Part shown: positions 24,430 to 38,489 of the stretch, piece after piece | How the letters are laid out: each line of letters begins with the position of its first letter | Numbering within the stretch: the first letter of the stretch is position 1 | Assembly (NCBI GenBank): GCA_965235115.1 | Contig: OZ249444.1 | Location: 5,394,001 to 5,458,000, forward strand | Direction of reading: 5' to 3' | Length of the DNA: 64,000 nt | Origin: Laetmonice hystrix | Lineage: Eukaryota | The notes under the pieces: generated by a model | The model's database searches: none | Told to the model about the DNA's origin: nothing | Seen by the model: only the letters and a program-made list of their open reading frames with translations | Program-made: the position numbers and the translations under genes

Positions 24430-25068
24430 CAGGGGCGTAGGAAGCTGGGGGCAGGGGGGCTGCTGCCCCCCCCCCCCCCAATATTTATAAAATGACCGCA
24501 TGGCTCAATGCAAACGATAGGCGTAAGTCATTGTGACGTCACTTCTGCCCCCCCCCCCTAATCTGTTTTTCCTTTGTAGGCCTACACTAGTAAAGATCTG
24601 TATTATGAAGGTTACGGAAACCGGCAGGCATAATGTGACCCCTTAACCGACAGGTGGCGGTTCTGGTTGGCCCATTGACTGCCACTGAACGATGCTTTTA
24701 AAGTCGTTAAAACAATAGTAGGTATGAAGTGATAATTTAAAACCTTCGATGGTTCTAACGTAGGCTATATTTCTCAATGCTACGTGTAGGCTAACTTGTA
24801 AGCGATGTTAGCACAAATCTGGTGGTCCGGATTTTTGAGGGGGCTAGACAAACAGAATTTGAGTTTCTTATTTTCTTAGTGTAGTATAGCTTACTTGGTG
24901 CAGTAGTGTAGGAAGGAAAAGAATATTGGGGGGGGGGGGGGCAGAAGTGACGTCACAATGACTTACGCCTATGCTTTTGCATTGAACCATGAGGCCATTT
25001 TTATAAATAGGCCTATGTGGGGGGGGGGGGGCAGCAGCCCCCTCTGCCCCCAGCTTCCTACGCCCCTG
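24430..25068. mobile_element. Two copies of a ~160-bp CAGGGGCGTAGGAAG-type MITE in inverted orientation (24430-24590 and 24901-25068)
   Basis: The copies are reverse complements and share GGCGTAAGTCATTGTGACGTCACTTCTGCCCCCC. Confidence 0.8.
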
Positions 25069-25729
25069 CCCCAGAGGTATTACGACCCCTGGATGAGACA
25101 ATTTGGTAGCCTACATCCCCCATGGTAGGTAGACCTATCCCCCACGAAATTTGGTTGGAAATGGCCGCTCCCTATCCATACCCCTGACTTCATCTCTACC
25201 CCCTAACTCTAGTCCCTAGACCTCCGAAAATCATCCCTATCCCTGGCCTTAACCAAAACCCCTACCCAATGGGGAAATTACCAACGATAGTTTCGCCTGT
25301 GTCTGAGCATAACGATACCGGACATAAGCTGGTGGCGCCCTCTGTTGCTATACGTACGTTCCCTATTGCCACCTAGCGAGGAATGAAATAGTAAAGCCGA
25401 TTGTGTCTACACCTAGTGGCACAGGGCCTAAACTTCTTACGTTTCTATTTTCAGGGTATTTGTTTGGGTTTTGGTTTTTTATCCCCAAATCTGAAGGAGC
25501 AGGGCTTCTAAATTTGACTTCCGTACATCCGCCTATACGTCCGTGGACCCCTGCGGTTTGTCAGAACTGGTTGGATCAACTTGCGTGAAACTTTACACAA
25601 TGATTAGGGACGGCCTACGTCAAATATAGATTTCTAATATCATTCAAAATGACCCTTGGCAGCCAGATTTGATACGTTTTAATCAATAACTGAGAGGAAA
25701 CGATTTCGATTTCTTGCAAACTTGGAGAG

Positions 25730-26048
25730 TGAGTAGTTGGTGTTTAACGCCCAGTCAGCAGTATTTCAGCTATTTCAGGGTGAGAACAAGGTAACTAACT
25801 CAGTCGGTGAAATCCATTGGTGATAATGATGAGATGATAGGAGGAAACCTGGCATCGGGGCGAACCCCTACTCTTATCGATAGATGCCAAGGGATCTTTA
25901 ACGTGCCCCTCCACACAGACGCATCGTGCCTTTGATAAAGCAGCCGGCAGTACTGCTATGCAGAAAAGTCCGGCCGCGGTTGGAACCCAGAACCTTTGGA
26001 GGTCCCGTGCTCCAACCACTGCGCCACCCCGGACCCCCCCCCCCCTCC
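25730..26048 (-). mobile_element. tRNA-derived SINE with a Deu/Nin-type conserved central domain
   Basis: On the minus strand: A-box TGGCGCAGTGG, B-box-like GGTTCCAACC, and core GGCACGTTAAAGATCCCTTGGCATCTATCGATAAGAGTAGGGGTTCGCCCCG. Flanked by an 11-bp near-TSD AACTT(G/T)GAGAG (25719-25729 and 26049-26059). Confidence 0.8.
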
Positions 26049-28799
26049 AACTTTGAGAGAAGAAGCAGGGGCAATTTGTGAGCTAATGTGTTATCAATCC
26101 CGAAAAAGTGGCGACACGGCGGCCATATTGTTTTGACCCCCAAAATAACTGTGTTTGAGCTCATATCACAATTTGATGGACAAATCACCCCCTCCACCAA
26201 CTCGGTGCTGCAATGTGCCAACAGCGCAATGAGGCGGTGCCCCGGTCTAGTCTCCCACCCCACCCCACACCTACTGCAAAATTTTAGACCTGTTCCTGGG
26301 CACCTAGTATGATGAGGCCAATAATTGTGGCCAATATCGGAGTACATAATGTCACTTCAACCTTCTGCTTGATCTGACTTTCAATTTTCATGGCGGTGTC
26401 TGGATTAAGGAATACAATATAAGAAAACCAGTTTCCATTTGACGTCTTAGACAGCGATGGATCTGGGAGAAAGAGGATAAGGAGGAACGCCTGTTTTTTG
26501 ACGTACAATGTACATTTACATATCTTTGGGTACAATACCCGGCAGTCTACCCGTCCACTTCTATAGGGGCCCTGTCTCTGCCCCTACCCTACGCTGAACG
26601 CTCAATACTATCTCCACGACAGAATTTAATTATTTTAAGGAAGCCTCCAACCGTAAAATTACCAGATGCTAAGATGGCTCTCGTCTTGGTGAAACAGGCG
26701 AGGCTTATCTGTTGCCCTGGCAACGGGGCGCCCTGTTCCCGACGCCCTGCGCCCGGTGAGCATCTTCGACTGGTTGGGTGACGGGTCGTCTGAAATCGAC
26801 TGGGCTTGCGGGCAGCGGTATCCAAGCTCCGAGTCTGTTTCTTCGGTCAATCTGGCAGAAAAAGGCGTTGTGGAGCTCTGTCGGCTTGCCCACTGATTGA
26901 TCCAGTATACTTACAGATATTTCACTCAGTAGATGGGCCTGCTTGAGAGTGGCCGAGATGTGATATGTTTTAGTAGCAGGCCAATAGGGTCGTTCTCTAT
27001 AGAGTATTGTCCGACTCTTGTTTGACAGGTTAATCGAATTCTGCGCAACCCTCGATATTTCTTCTTCTTGTATTCTGAAAGAAAGACCTAAGGCAATATT
27101 GTGTTCGGGCATGTTCTTTCGCAGGGGCAAATAGCAGAGCAGGCAGCCACCTGACGCCCTTTAGGACTGTTTTAGAGGGAGCAGAGCTCCAAATCAACGG
27201 AGCTCTGGTCGCTGAGTGATTGAATAGGCGGTATTCTGCCCTTTTGACAGAATTCCAGCCATATTCGGGGCGAGATGAATACATTTTTCACATGTTGAGT
27301 CTGTGTTTTTTTTCGGCTGCTAAGAATATATCTGCACTTTGACCAAATATATCCAGATCTAAACCTCCAGTTGAACCTATATACTCATTTGTATTTTTAA
27401 GAAATGAAGCTTTAGAATATCTGAGTAGAGGGATCACTTTTGTGCAGGAAAGTGTTATAAAATAAACTTGGGCGAGTTGTATAACAAGCACGTCAGCTCG
27501 GATACCAATTGTAAATTTCATACCTGTTATGTATAAATTTCATACCTGTTATGTATAAATTTAATACCTGTTATGTATAAATGTGCAATGGTCACTGCTC
27601 GGTTCAATGTTTAAAAAAACCCTACATCAGACAGATGTTGGTTCTAAATCCATATACCTACCGCCATAACCGGCCGTATACATAGGACTTTTTGTCTTTG
27701 CTATATTTCTTATGTAACGTTAATGCACAACCAGGCTTATAGAAAATTAATGTATATTTCTGGCAGTTTTCCGTGCGCTCCTGTCTCAAGATATTAATTA
27801 GTCTCCTGTCGATGCGCTGACCACGGCGTTCGATGGCCGTGTCGTCCTTGGCGTCTCTCATTACCACTGCACGTGGTCAGGTTCCATGACTGAGTCGTGT
27901 CATTTAATTAGCATCCTTTCCTGGCGTGTAGGGCGAGGTAGCATACGATACCACTTCTTTGTCGAATGGCATCGCTCACACGTTCCCATTCAGCCTCTTT
28001 GGCCAGCCGATGCCTTTCAGTAAAGGGACAGACTAATTTGTCAACATCTCAGCATTGTCTTAGGTCTCCCCGCACATGGTGATGAGTTATAAAAAAAACC
28101 TTATGAATATTCGTAATGTCTTAATGGCCACAAAACGTCAAGAAAATATTGCTGGGTAAAAGACGTGAGATGGGAAATGGGGGAAATGGGGAAAAAGGAG
28201 GCGAAGATAGTGATTAGTAATCGAATGTTGTTGTGAAGGTGCACGCTATATTTTTTTGACACATAATTTCTTTTGTAATAAAGTAAGTCTGCCATCCAGT
28301 CAGAAAGGGAGGCAGACAGTTTATTTGTTCCAAAGAGCCTCCATGCACAAATTTCTTGGAAATATTCCTCCAATAGTAATAATATTAGGGTTTAGAAGTT
28401 TTATCTTTACCAGGGATGCCCCATCATGTGTCTGATAAAAAATGTCTAATGATGTGTCTCATTAGACATTAAAGACACACGTAGCAGCACGGGGAGACTC
28501 CGGAGTCTTATGTGTATCATAAATTGTCGTCATGATGTGCCCCATGCATTATTGCTGAATTATACATGAAATATACACTCTTTTCGCGCACCTCTCTCCT
28601 TATGACATATTGGGGGGGGGGGGGGGGGATATGGGGTGCGGAGTTAGGGGTTCTGTGATTGCACGGCAGGAAGATTTCAATGAACGTACGAGATCAACGT
28701 CATGTAGAACCTCAGAGTACTCATATATGATCACACCATACAACAATGATCCTCCTCAATGTCAGTCGACTGTCCGCCCTCTGACAAGGAAAGCCAGAC

Positions 28800-30500
28800 C
28801 GGTGTAACACCCTCAAATCACTACCCCGCTCAAACCACTACCGTAGTGTTTTGAGCGTAGGCTCAAACTACTACCGTAGTGGTTTGGGGATACGCCCAAA
28901 GCACTACTGTCACGTTCAAAGCACTACCCCTAGAAATCTCAAAACACTACCCACGCTCAAAACACTACCCCACCCAGGGGCGCCAATTCCTTTTGAAAGG
29001 GGGGATTCTGAAAGTGGAGTGGGGGGGGGGGGGTCCTGAAACTTGTCTGACTTTTATTTTAATGTTTGCAGCGGGTGTTTGTGACAGAGGAATCAGGCAA
29101 AGTTAGGGGCTCTGACGCATAGTTCAGAAAAAGATTTTAGGACTACACTAGACTAGACTAGATCTGTTGCACTTTGAGTGCAATTGTGAAGGTCAAAAAT
29201 TACACTTCATGTCAAATAACAGAAACAAACTTTTTCTTTGGTGAAAAAGGGGGATCCCCCCCGGCCGTGTGCGGGGGGAGGGGGGGGGGTGTCTGTAATC
29301 CCCCATTCACAAAAATTCTTGAAAATTATCACTTTTGACATGTCATATCAGACCTTATTTTGTGCTCTAAGAGTCGAGCGGGGCGAGACGCCCCTTTCGG
29401 AGAAGACGCCCCCCCCCCTGTGGGTGGGGCAAGACGCATCCAGGGGGCCCCTTTGCAATTGTATTCGAAATATTTCATTTTTTAATGTTGTAAAAAGGAT
29501 ACAACCAAAGCTTACTAGCAATGAGTAGCTAAAATATGTAGGCCTATGTTTCTTTCCACACAAAAACTATACTCATTCTGATAACACGGGACGGCCTGGT
29601 AATGCTTTGACCCTTAAAGGGGGCGTCTCGCCAAATAAATTAAATTTCAAAATTTTCCAGAGGGAGCATGCCCCCAGCATGGCTTCGTGCCGTTGGTGCT
29701 CACCCAGTTCCACGGCCTAAGTGTAAAAGTGTAAACACCCCCCCCCCCCCCGGCTAAAAAAATCCTGCGCATGGCACTGGCCCCCCCCCCCCCCCCCCAT
29801 AATTATTAGGCCGATACGCGTTTGGTTAGCCGCGACGAGGGATTCCCACTTTCGGCCTACATGAATATGAACTAAAGACCGAAATCACTCCAGACAAATA
29901 CCGAAATCTAATCTAAATACCGAAATCACCGTTCAGAATTAGGCTGGATTTCGGTATTATCAATTGTCTAGAAGAGTCAGGAAGAAGAAGAAGGAAGAAG
30001 AAGAAGGAAGAACAAGAACAAGAAGAAAAAGGAGGAGGAGAGAAAAGAGAAGTAGAAGGAGAAGAAGAAGGCTTTTGAACGAATCCTGGAAGTTGTAGCT
30101 AAATTAAGCGAGGGTAGTGCTTTGGGAGTGGGTAGAGTGTTCTGAGCATAACAGTATAGTGTAACACCCTCAAATCACCACCCCACTCAAGAAGAAGGAG
30201 GAGGAGGACGAAGAGGAGGAGGGGGAGGAGAAGGAGAAGAAGGAGAAGGAGAAGAAGGTTTTTGAACGAATCCTGGGAGTTGTTGCTAAATTAAGCGAGG
30301 GTAGTGTTTTGGGAGTGGATAGAGTGTTCTGAGCATGACAGTAGTGATGTGGGCGTGGGCAGGGTAGTCATCTGAGCGTAGGCTGACTTACGCTCAAACC
30401 ACTCTATAGTAGTCTGAGTGTACGCCCAAAGCACTCTAGAGTAGTTTGGGCGTACGCTCAAACTACTACCATAGTGCTTTGAGGGTAGAGTGGTTTGGGC
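28800..30500. repeat. Repeat cluster: short palindromic CGCTCAAACCACTAC-type sub-repeats (28800-28975, 30100-30500), GAA/GGA microsatellites (29975-30075, 30190-30260) and G/C-run MITE fragments
   Basis: Visible internal sub-repeats; duplicated block GAACGAATCCTGG.AGTTGT.GCTAAATTAAGCGAGGGTAGTG at about 30078 and 30264. Confidence 0.7.
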
Positions 30501-30590
30501 TTAGTACACCTGCCCGGATGTCTGCCTATAATACGCCACTATTGGGCTCAAATATATGTCTGAATGGAGGAGTTGAGTGATCAAGATGTC

Positions 30591-30720
30591 NNNNNNNNNN
30601 NNNNNNNNNNNNNNNNNNNNNNNNNNNNNNNNNNNNNNNNNNNNNNNNNNNNNNNNNNNNNNNNNNNNNNNNNNNNNNNNNNNNNNNNNNNNNNNNNNNN
30701 NNNNNNNNNNNNNNNNNNNN
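30591..30720. other. Assembly gap (130 N) adjoining a (GACA)n microsatellite
   Basis: Run of N. Confidence 1.
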
Positions 30721-30732
30721 GACAGACATACC

Positions 30733-30766
<34 letters not shown>

Positions 30767-32949
30767 AACGGACAATCAGAGAGAGATTAATACCAAATTT
30801 GCCCAAGGGCTTGGCTCTTGTCGCCTTGGTCGTGTTACTCTTTGGACATTGTCTCATGTAAATCTTCATAATGAAAATAATTAAAACAGTTACTTTTTTA
30901 CGTATAAACTTATGAAGGTAGAGTAAAGCCATTAAAAGAACAACCCCCACGCATATAAAATTAAATACTCTTTATTTCATTGTAGGTATTTTTAATTGGT
31001 CCACAAGTTTGATCACCCGATTTGTAGTTTGGTCCGCGAAACAGGCAAGATGTACGATTGTTTCATATACATGGGTTATATCACCATACTCTACATACAA
31101 TATTCTTAACAGCAAGTAAATCGTTACAAACATTTGAATAGAAGCTCCAGTAGAAAAGGGGATAGGCGAATTACAAGTAACACGTTCACCACTTAAGAAA
31201 GTCTGGTAGCAGGACCCCAACAAGGGGAAGAAATTACCGAGTCAGAACCACAGGTCTCTTGACAGAAGATCCAAAATTGTAATTCCGGTCAGGAATTAGC
31301 AGAGCGGCGGCAATAAAAGGCTATAGGTGGCCGACGTTACATTGTTGACAGTAGAGTTGTGTGGGCGAGTTTATCAACATGCCCACATTTTGTTCACATG
31401 GTACATTACGAAGCCACATTCTAACCAATCTCGACTGCGCTCATCGTCTGCTCAAGAACTTTCCAACCAACTTCCGCCGCCATCTTTAACTGCGTACTTG
31501 ACACACAGGGTTGCAATTTTACTGCTGGGTAAAGCAAGCAAACTGGGGCCATCATTTTAAAGATACGCTCACTGGCTTTTAAATAAATCTATAGACAACA
31601 AACCGTTCATTATACGGCATAGGGGAACCTATGTTTTCTGTACAGGAGACATCTAATTCCGGTTCTTGAGAGGCCACATCCGCGCATGCGCCGACGTGTT
31701 TCCCGATTCTGGGACCTAAGAAAAGACAAGAATTGGCTACATGAACGTAAAGCGATCAACCAAAACGGATTTTCCATTCAGGAAATATAAACTTCCGTTA
31801 TTACAAAAGGAAACACCAAACCTTTTGCTAGATTTATCAGAAGTAGGAAAGGGATTGGGGTTCTTGTGCACATAGCGGAGGCGAACAATATAGACTAGGA
31901 ACATGCATCAGTTCCCATTGATTATGGAGGCCACGACATACAAAGAAGAGCAATATTGTCGTAGATTGCCGACATAATACATGATCATAAATTGTGATTG
32001 TGACTGATGAGGATACGCTATGAAGAAATCTCAGCGTTTGAATGGGTGTAGTCACCCGGATGTATATTCATATCACAACATTGTATTTCAACATTTCTTA
32101 CGTGAATAATTAGCGACTGAATGCAACTCACTAATGGTTCACAATTAATATACTCTTGCCATTTGACGAACATATGTTGTTGGAAAATGTAAAGAAATCA
32201 ATAAACAGCTAATAGGCTTTTCATGTTGCTAGGCAACGTTAAATTTTTAGTTGGGAAGAATGATAATGTATACGTGTATTTTCATTCATCTGTCATGTTC
32301 ACTCAGCAGTTTTGGAGGTTGTCCTTCCGCTTTAAGAGCATGCGCACAATGAATATCATTAGCGTTGTTTGACGGTTGAGCGGTGACGGCGAGAACTGCC
32401 TGCGAGGGTGACGTGACCCGTGAGGGAGAAGTCGCCTATCGCCGGAAGGACAGGTGCTGCCACCCCGTGGCCCTGCCAGACGCGTCTCTGTGGGCCGTTC
32501 GGGGCATGACGTTAGTCACGTCATTGTTGATCGGAAACGAGGCACGGCGCGTAACGTATACCACCTCGGCTAGCGTTATCATCAGTAAGCAGGAGACATG
32601 GACGACTACAGTGCAATTACTCCTAGCAACGATGGGAGTTTATAATCATTATACAACGCCAATTTATAAAGAGAAACGTTTCCAACCCATGGGGCATTAT
32701 ACTCAGTCCATGTTCTGTATAAGGTTAGATCGTTCCCTAAGCAGTGTTTTAATTGCTGCACAACCACATTGGAGGAACTGAGAAGGCGAATTTAAACTAC
32801 ACTCACGTAGAGTCCAGTTTGGAGAACTGTGTTACAATCATTAATTCAATTTTCTGTACACTAATTAAGGCGTCTTGAAAGTATCTGTGTACGGAAGTCA
32901 AGGTTCTTTTACTGCTGGAAATATGGCGTCTAAAGTCATGGCACCACCT

Positions 32950-33140
32950 GCCTGCCAGAATCTTGACGGAGCTGAAGCGTAACAATCTGACAGCCCGCCG
33001 AACTTCTCTCGGCAGGGGTTTCGTTGGGCGATCACTCCTGTTTAATTTTTCATAGTTACCAGTTTGTTGGTACCCGTTAACGGCAGCAGTGCAGACGTCT
33101 GACTGTATCCTGTACCGACACACCTTCCTCTGCCAGAGAA
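32950..33140 (-). mobile_element. Possible degraded Tc1/mariner transposase N-terminal (HTH) fragment
   Basis: AAVNGYQQTGNYEKLNRSDRPTKPLPREVRRAVRLLR resembles the Tc1 pattern I..Y.ETG...DRPRSGRP.K..PRE.R..VRL. No DDE domain or TIRs were found. Confidence 0.35.
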
Positions 33141-36100
33141 ATGAGCACATGACGTTCAGCAATTCTAAGTCCCCGTACCTTCGGCGTGGTATAGGAGCAA
33201 AATGAAAACGGATCTGGTCAACGTTTTTCTTTATATACGATCAAATCGGAATGAAAGACCGTCTCGCCTGTTACTGTGAAATGCTAGTCAGAGCATGTTG
33301 TAATACTTCTGACTTTGAGTTGGGGGACACAGCCGCAAATAATGGTAGCGAGACTAGTCGCCCTCCCCACCTTTCCCCACTCACTAAGTCTAGTCAGGAA
33401 ATAACGATCAATTCTGTCGTAACTACAGCACAGAAACAGCCATGGAGTTTCTAGCATTGTCCTTCACTGCTTAAGTCTTCAATAAAGAGGAGCATGACGG
33501 ATGACCGTTACGTGCGGTACTGACTATTTCCTAGACGAGCCATCAGGGCTTCATGACGCATGGTTTCCTCCACTGTTTGCGTGGATGCGTCCTCCCCGAA
33601 CGCGTAACGCGACCCGGGGTATATTCATGGGCGGAATGGATCCATCCCTGTCTGAACACGTGAGGTGATTGTTGTAAAACCTCCCTGCTTCCCTGCCCTA
33701 ACGATTCACCCATCCATCCATCCATTCACCCTATCCTCACACTCCAATCTCATCCATCAAGCTAGGTTCCGACTTACAACTGCTATATATACAATCTTAG
33801 AAAGAAAGGAAGGAAGAAAGAAAGAAAGAAAGAAAGAAACTTTTTAAAATCGCACATCACATGTTTCTAGCTGGCAGGAAACCTCAAGCTAGCTTCTGCA
33901 TAGAATTTGCTAAGGGAGGGGAGTTCAGCATGGTCAATTAAGAAAGTTCTAGGGAGGCATTGGTTGCCAAGGTGGGGAAGTTCGACTCCCTGAAGCCCTC
34001 CTCCCTGGATCCGCCACTGAGACCTATACTTCTTACTCAACCTTGGTGGACGTTGCATTACGACGCGACCTCAAGACGGGTATGCCGTGATAATATGCAC
34101 GAGCCGTAGCCGAGGGCAAATATAGCGCCGTCATGCTGTTTAGCACACTTTGACACTAGAGCTGAATTTCCTGTATTACTTGTTATATGACGAATTTTAA
34201 ATGGACGATGTTCTGAGATGTTACTGGCTGCTAATCATTGGCTTGCCAGGAACAGGAATAATTGCTTGCAAGCAAATGAAGTTTACACCACTTTAGCCTT
34301 CTGTGGGCCACGTCCGAGCGAATGAATCGGCGCCTCCCCCGCCCCACGTATTCTCAATTCTTAACGGTGCCCTTGATAACCAAAGCAACACATCTGATCA
34401 AAGGACAAGTTAAAGCTGGCGCATTCCTTCTAGTGATGCTACTTCCCATGGGAATGAAGCTATTAACAGAATATAAGACTCGAAATAAAGCTGCGAACCC
34501 GCCATTGGTACGCACCGTAAGGCTGAGGCTGAGCCAGGAAAAACCTACCCGGTTCTAATAAAATTGGAATTGAACTGGGCCGGGGCAACACGGATCATCA
34601 TTCTTTCGTCGCGGGCATGCAGGTCTCATTTTGTGCATACCGTCTCGAGGGTCTCGAGCCGACACAAAGGCAGTGGACGTAAAGGCACGGGCCGTAGGCA
34701 GGCATGCCCCTTTCATCTATCATAAACCAGCAATGCTCGCCGACACGGACAGAAGACTGCGAATTCCTCTTGCGCAGTGCGCTCTCTGACCCGACATCAG
34801 TCAGCCAAGCCCGATGGAGCTTTACAGCACGTAAATTGTCTTCATGGGCCTGTGTCGCATAGCATTTTGAATTACATCCAAGCAATAAACTCCATTAAGG
34901 CAAAACAGTGGTGGTATTTCCCCGCGAAACACACGTATTACGCGCGTTAAACCCTCTTCTAAAGGAATGGATGACAATTAAAGGCAGCTGGAATGAGTGT
35001 CTGGAATTTCTATTACAAGGGGAAATTGATATTTGAGCCGTACGTGGCTCGCTGCTGTGCCAGCGCATAGTCTTGATGTTCCAGACCGTATCACTGTGCG
35101 AACCTAGCTAGATAAATCTGTGATCGATGCAGGCCCAAATCCTCCGCTGAGTGTTAGATTTATGGAGTTCACATTTTGGCTCAGCATCGGGCTTCGAAGA
35201 ACCGTTTCTAGTTTCTGCTTTAAAACGTTCCATAAATCACTCGTTATTTTAGACAAGGATGACACCTCTATGGTTTCATGTCAATGGCGCTTGCAGGCTC
35301 TGCGCATGAGCGAGATGGGGGAAAATTGTTAAAGTGTGTTCGGAACGCACGCTTTATAGTCCTTTTCTTACCACTCCGATTTGTCCCGCCTGCTGTTCGT
35401 GGTGAAACTGTTTCTGATCCCAAATTTCGAATTCGCATTTTATAGGGACGAAATCAACCGGAAGTGTTTCCATCATTGTCTCCGTTGTCAGCGTCTCGGA
35501 AAACGTACGGCTCACTGCACACGTTCTATCCCAGGAGGACGCGTTCTAATCGACCATGAAGGAACTATGTCGGTTGGCTGAGTGAAGATAGAAATCCAAC
35601 CGGCTTCCTGTTTTACACTGAGCTACTTGCTGCTTCTTCGGACAAATGGAAAACAAGATCCTCTATTCGGTAAGCTAGGATTATGTTTTTTAACGACTTC
35701 AGTATTAGCTTTAATCTTACGTATCGAATATTTTCACAAAATGTGTTTCTAGACTGGCTCTGTCCTTTTGATTAAGAATCGCTGTTGCCAAAGGTGACAT
35801 CAAGGTCAGATATGACGGGAATATTCAACAAGATGTTTTAAAGGAGCTCGTAGATGCCAAGTTCGCTTTAAAGCGATCTACATCTGTTTGAGACGGATAC
35901 TACAAGGGCCGTACTTTTGAAGGCGCGGGTCGTAGAATGTAGCAGGGGCCTGGGAAGCCGCCAGAAAATTTTTGCTATACAATTCTTTTTATTTTGAAAA
36001 TTTAGCCAAGGCAGCTACCTCGGCTGCCTCAATGCAATTTACCGCCCTGACTACATAACGAGAAGGAACCCTCGTGATTTGACCGCGTTTGATGGAAATG

Positions 36101-36772
36101 TGCGTCGACAAGTTTGAACGAACATACCCCCCTTCCCATCCCTTTTCACAAATGTTTCCATTGACCGTGGTTTCCGGTCCCACTAATGTGATTGGTGGGG
36201 CTCACGACAGTTCCGGAACTGAAATGACGTCGTGAGCATGCGCAGTTTTCCCCCCTGCTTCCTCCCCTGGGGTCAAGCGTTCGTGTGCAAGTCAACCCTA
36301 ATCTAGTTCAAAGGGAGTTCGTTAGTGGGAACCATGTTTATCTCAATGAACACTTATATAGGGTTGTTCTGTTGATCTCGGGTTTATCTCCGGCAGTTTA
36401 TCATTTACAATTATGATTTAAATTACCCGTGATTAATAATTATAATCAGTATAGACGTGTGGAAGACACTGTCAAATGTTTGTTTAAACTATATGTGACG
36501 GGTGCACGACCTTGACACACCAAAAACGGTTTTGTTCAATGCGCTTCGATGTGCATTGAATCCACACATGGATGTGGTTTGGGTTCAATGCGATTCAATG
36601 CGCATTGAGAACCGTGTTGGGTGTGTCACGAACCGTATCAATGCGATTTGAAGCGATTTGAAGCGCATTGGAGCGTCGGTGTGTCAACGGTATTAATAGT
36701 AGAGAAAAGCTCAAGGGGGACTTTTAAAGTCATTGTCGCACATTTACACTCAGATTTAGATAAGCATCGCAG

Positions 36773-38121
36773 GTAACCAATGGTCTACGAGCAAAGAGTT
36801 TATGGCGGGGTTTAGGACTGTGATGTAACCAATGGTCTACGAGCAAAGAATTTATGGCGGAGTTTAGGACTGTGATGTAACCAATGGTCTACGAGCAAAG
36901 AATTTATGGCGGAGTTTAGGACTGTGATGTAACCAATGGTCTACGAGCAAAGAGTTTATGGCGGAGTTTAGGATTGTGATGTAACCAATGGTCTACGAGC
37001 AAAGAGTTTATGGCGGAGTTTAGGATTGTGATGTAACCAATGGTCTACGAGCAAAGAGTTTATGGCGGAGTTTAGGATTGTGATGTAACCAATGGTCTAC
37101 GAGCAAAGAGTTTATGGCGGAGTTTAGGATTGTGATGTAACCAATGGTCTACGAGCAAAGAGTTTATGGCGGAGTTTAGGATTGTGATGTAACCAATGGT
37201 CTACGAGCAAAGAGTTTATGGCGGAGTTTAGGATTGTGATGTAACCAATGGTCTACGAGCAAAGAGTTTATGGCGGAGTTTAGGATTGTGATGTAACCAA
37301 TGGTCTACGAGCAAAGAGTTTATGGCGGAGTTTAGGATTGTGATGTAACCAATGGTCTACGAGCACAGAATTTATGGCGGAGTTTAGGATTGTGATGTAA
37401 CCAATGGTCTACGAGCAAAGAGTTTATGGAGGAGTTTAGGATTGTGATGTAACCAATGGTCTACGAGCAAAGAATTTATGGAGGAGTTTAAGATTGTGAT
37501 GTAACCAATGGTCTACGAGCAAAGAATTTATGGAGGAGTTTAGGATTGTGATGTAACCAATGGTCTACGAGCAAAGAATTTATGGCGGAGTTTAGGATTG
37601 TGATGTAACCAATGGTCTACGAGCACAGAATTTATGGCGGAGTTTAGGATTGTGATGTAACCAATGGTCTACGAGCAAAGAATTTATGGAGGAGTTTAGG
37701 ATTGTGATGTAACCAATGGTCTACGAGCAAAGAGTTTATGGCGGAGTTTAGGATTGTGATGTAACCAATGGTCTACGAGCACAGAATTTATGGCGGAGTT
37801 TAGGATTGTGATGTAACCAATGGTCTACGAGCACAGAATTTATGGCGGAGTTTAGGATTGTGATGTAACCAATGGTCTACGAGCAAAGAATTTATGGAGG
37901 AGTTTAGGATTGTGATGTAACCAATGGTCTACGAGCAAAGAATTTATGGAGGAGTTTAGGATTGTGATGTAACCAATGGTCTACGAGCACAGAATTTATG
38001 GAGGAGTTTAGGATTGTGATGTAACCAATGGTCTACGAGCAAAGAATTTATGGAGGAGTTTAGGATTGTGATGTAACCAATGGTCTACGAGCAAAGAGTT
38101 TATGGAGGAGTTTAGGATTGT
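36773..38121. repeat. 52-bp minisatellite/satellite array, 26 copies
   Basis: Unit GTAACCAATGGTCTACGAGCAAAGAGTTTATGGCGGAGTTTAGGATTGTGAT; first unit at 36773 and last at 38073 (exact 52-bp period, no spacers). Confidence 0.98.
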
Positions 38122-38489
38122 GTAGAGCTCTTCCGGGTTTCCGTTTTATGAGTAAAACTTGGTTCATTAAAAATATAGCGTTGCCGATTCACCTTGAGAT
38201 AACTAACAGAAACTGGTTATAGAAACACCATTATGTAAAGGGACAGGGAGATTGAAAGAGAGATGCAAAACAACCAGGTTGAGCAATCGAGCTTATGACT
38301 GTCAATTCAAAGGATTATTAGACTATTAGACTATTGTCAAACTTAATTTATTAAAAAGGGAATCTAATATGCAATGTGCTTTCGTACTTCTTACTTTCCA
38401 TTGGCTTTCACCAATATCGAAACCCGTTCAAGTTACGATGGGTTTGAACTAAAACCAGGAAAGGAATGATTATTTATAATAAACCTACC

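Noticed and set aside
25980-26034. tRNA gene
   Set aside because: The A/B boxes belong to the SINE head; no complete cloverleaf is present.
30501-30950. ORFs spanning the first N gap (and 46403-46984 spanning the second)
   Set aside because: Artefacts of translating Ns.
36773-38121. CRISPR array
   Set aside because: Units are head-to-tail with no unique spacers, there are no cas genes, and the context is eukaryotic; it is a satellite.
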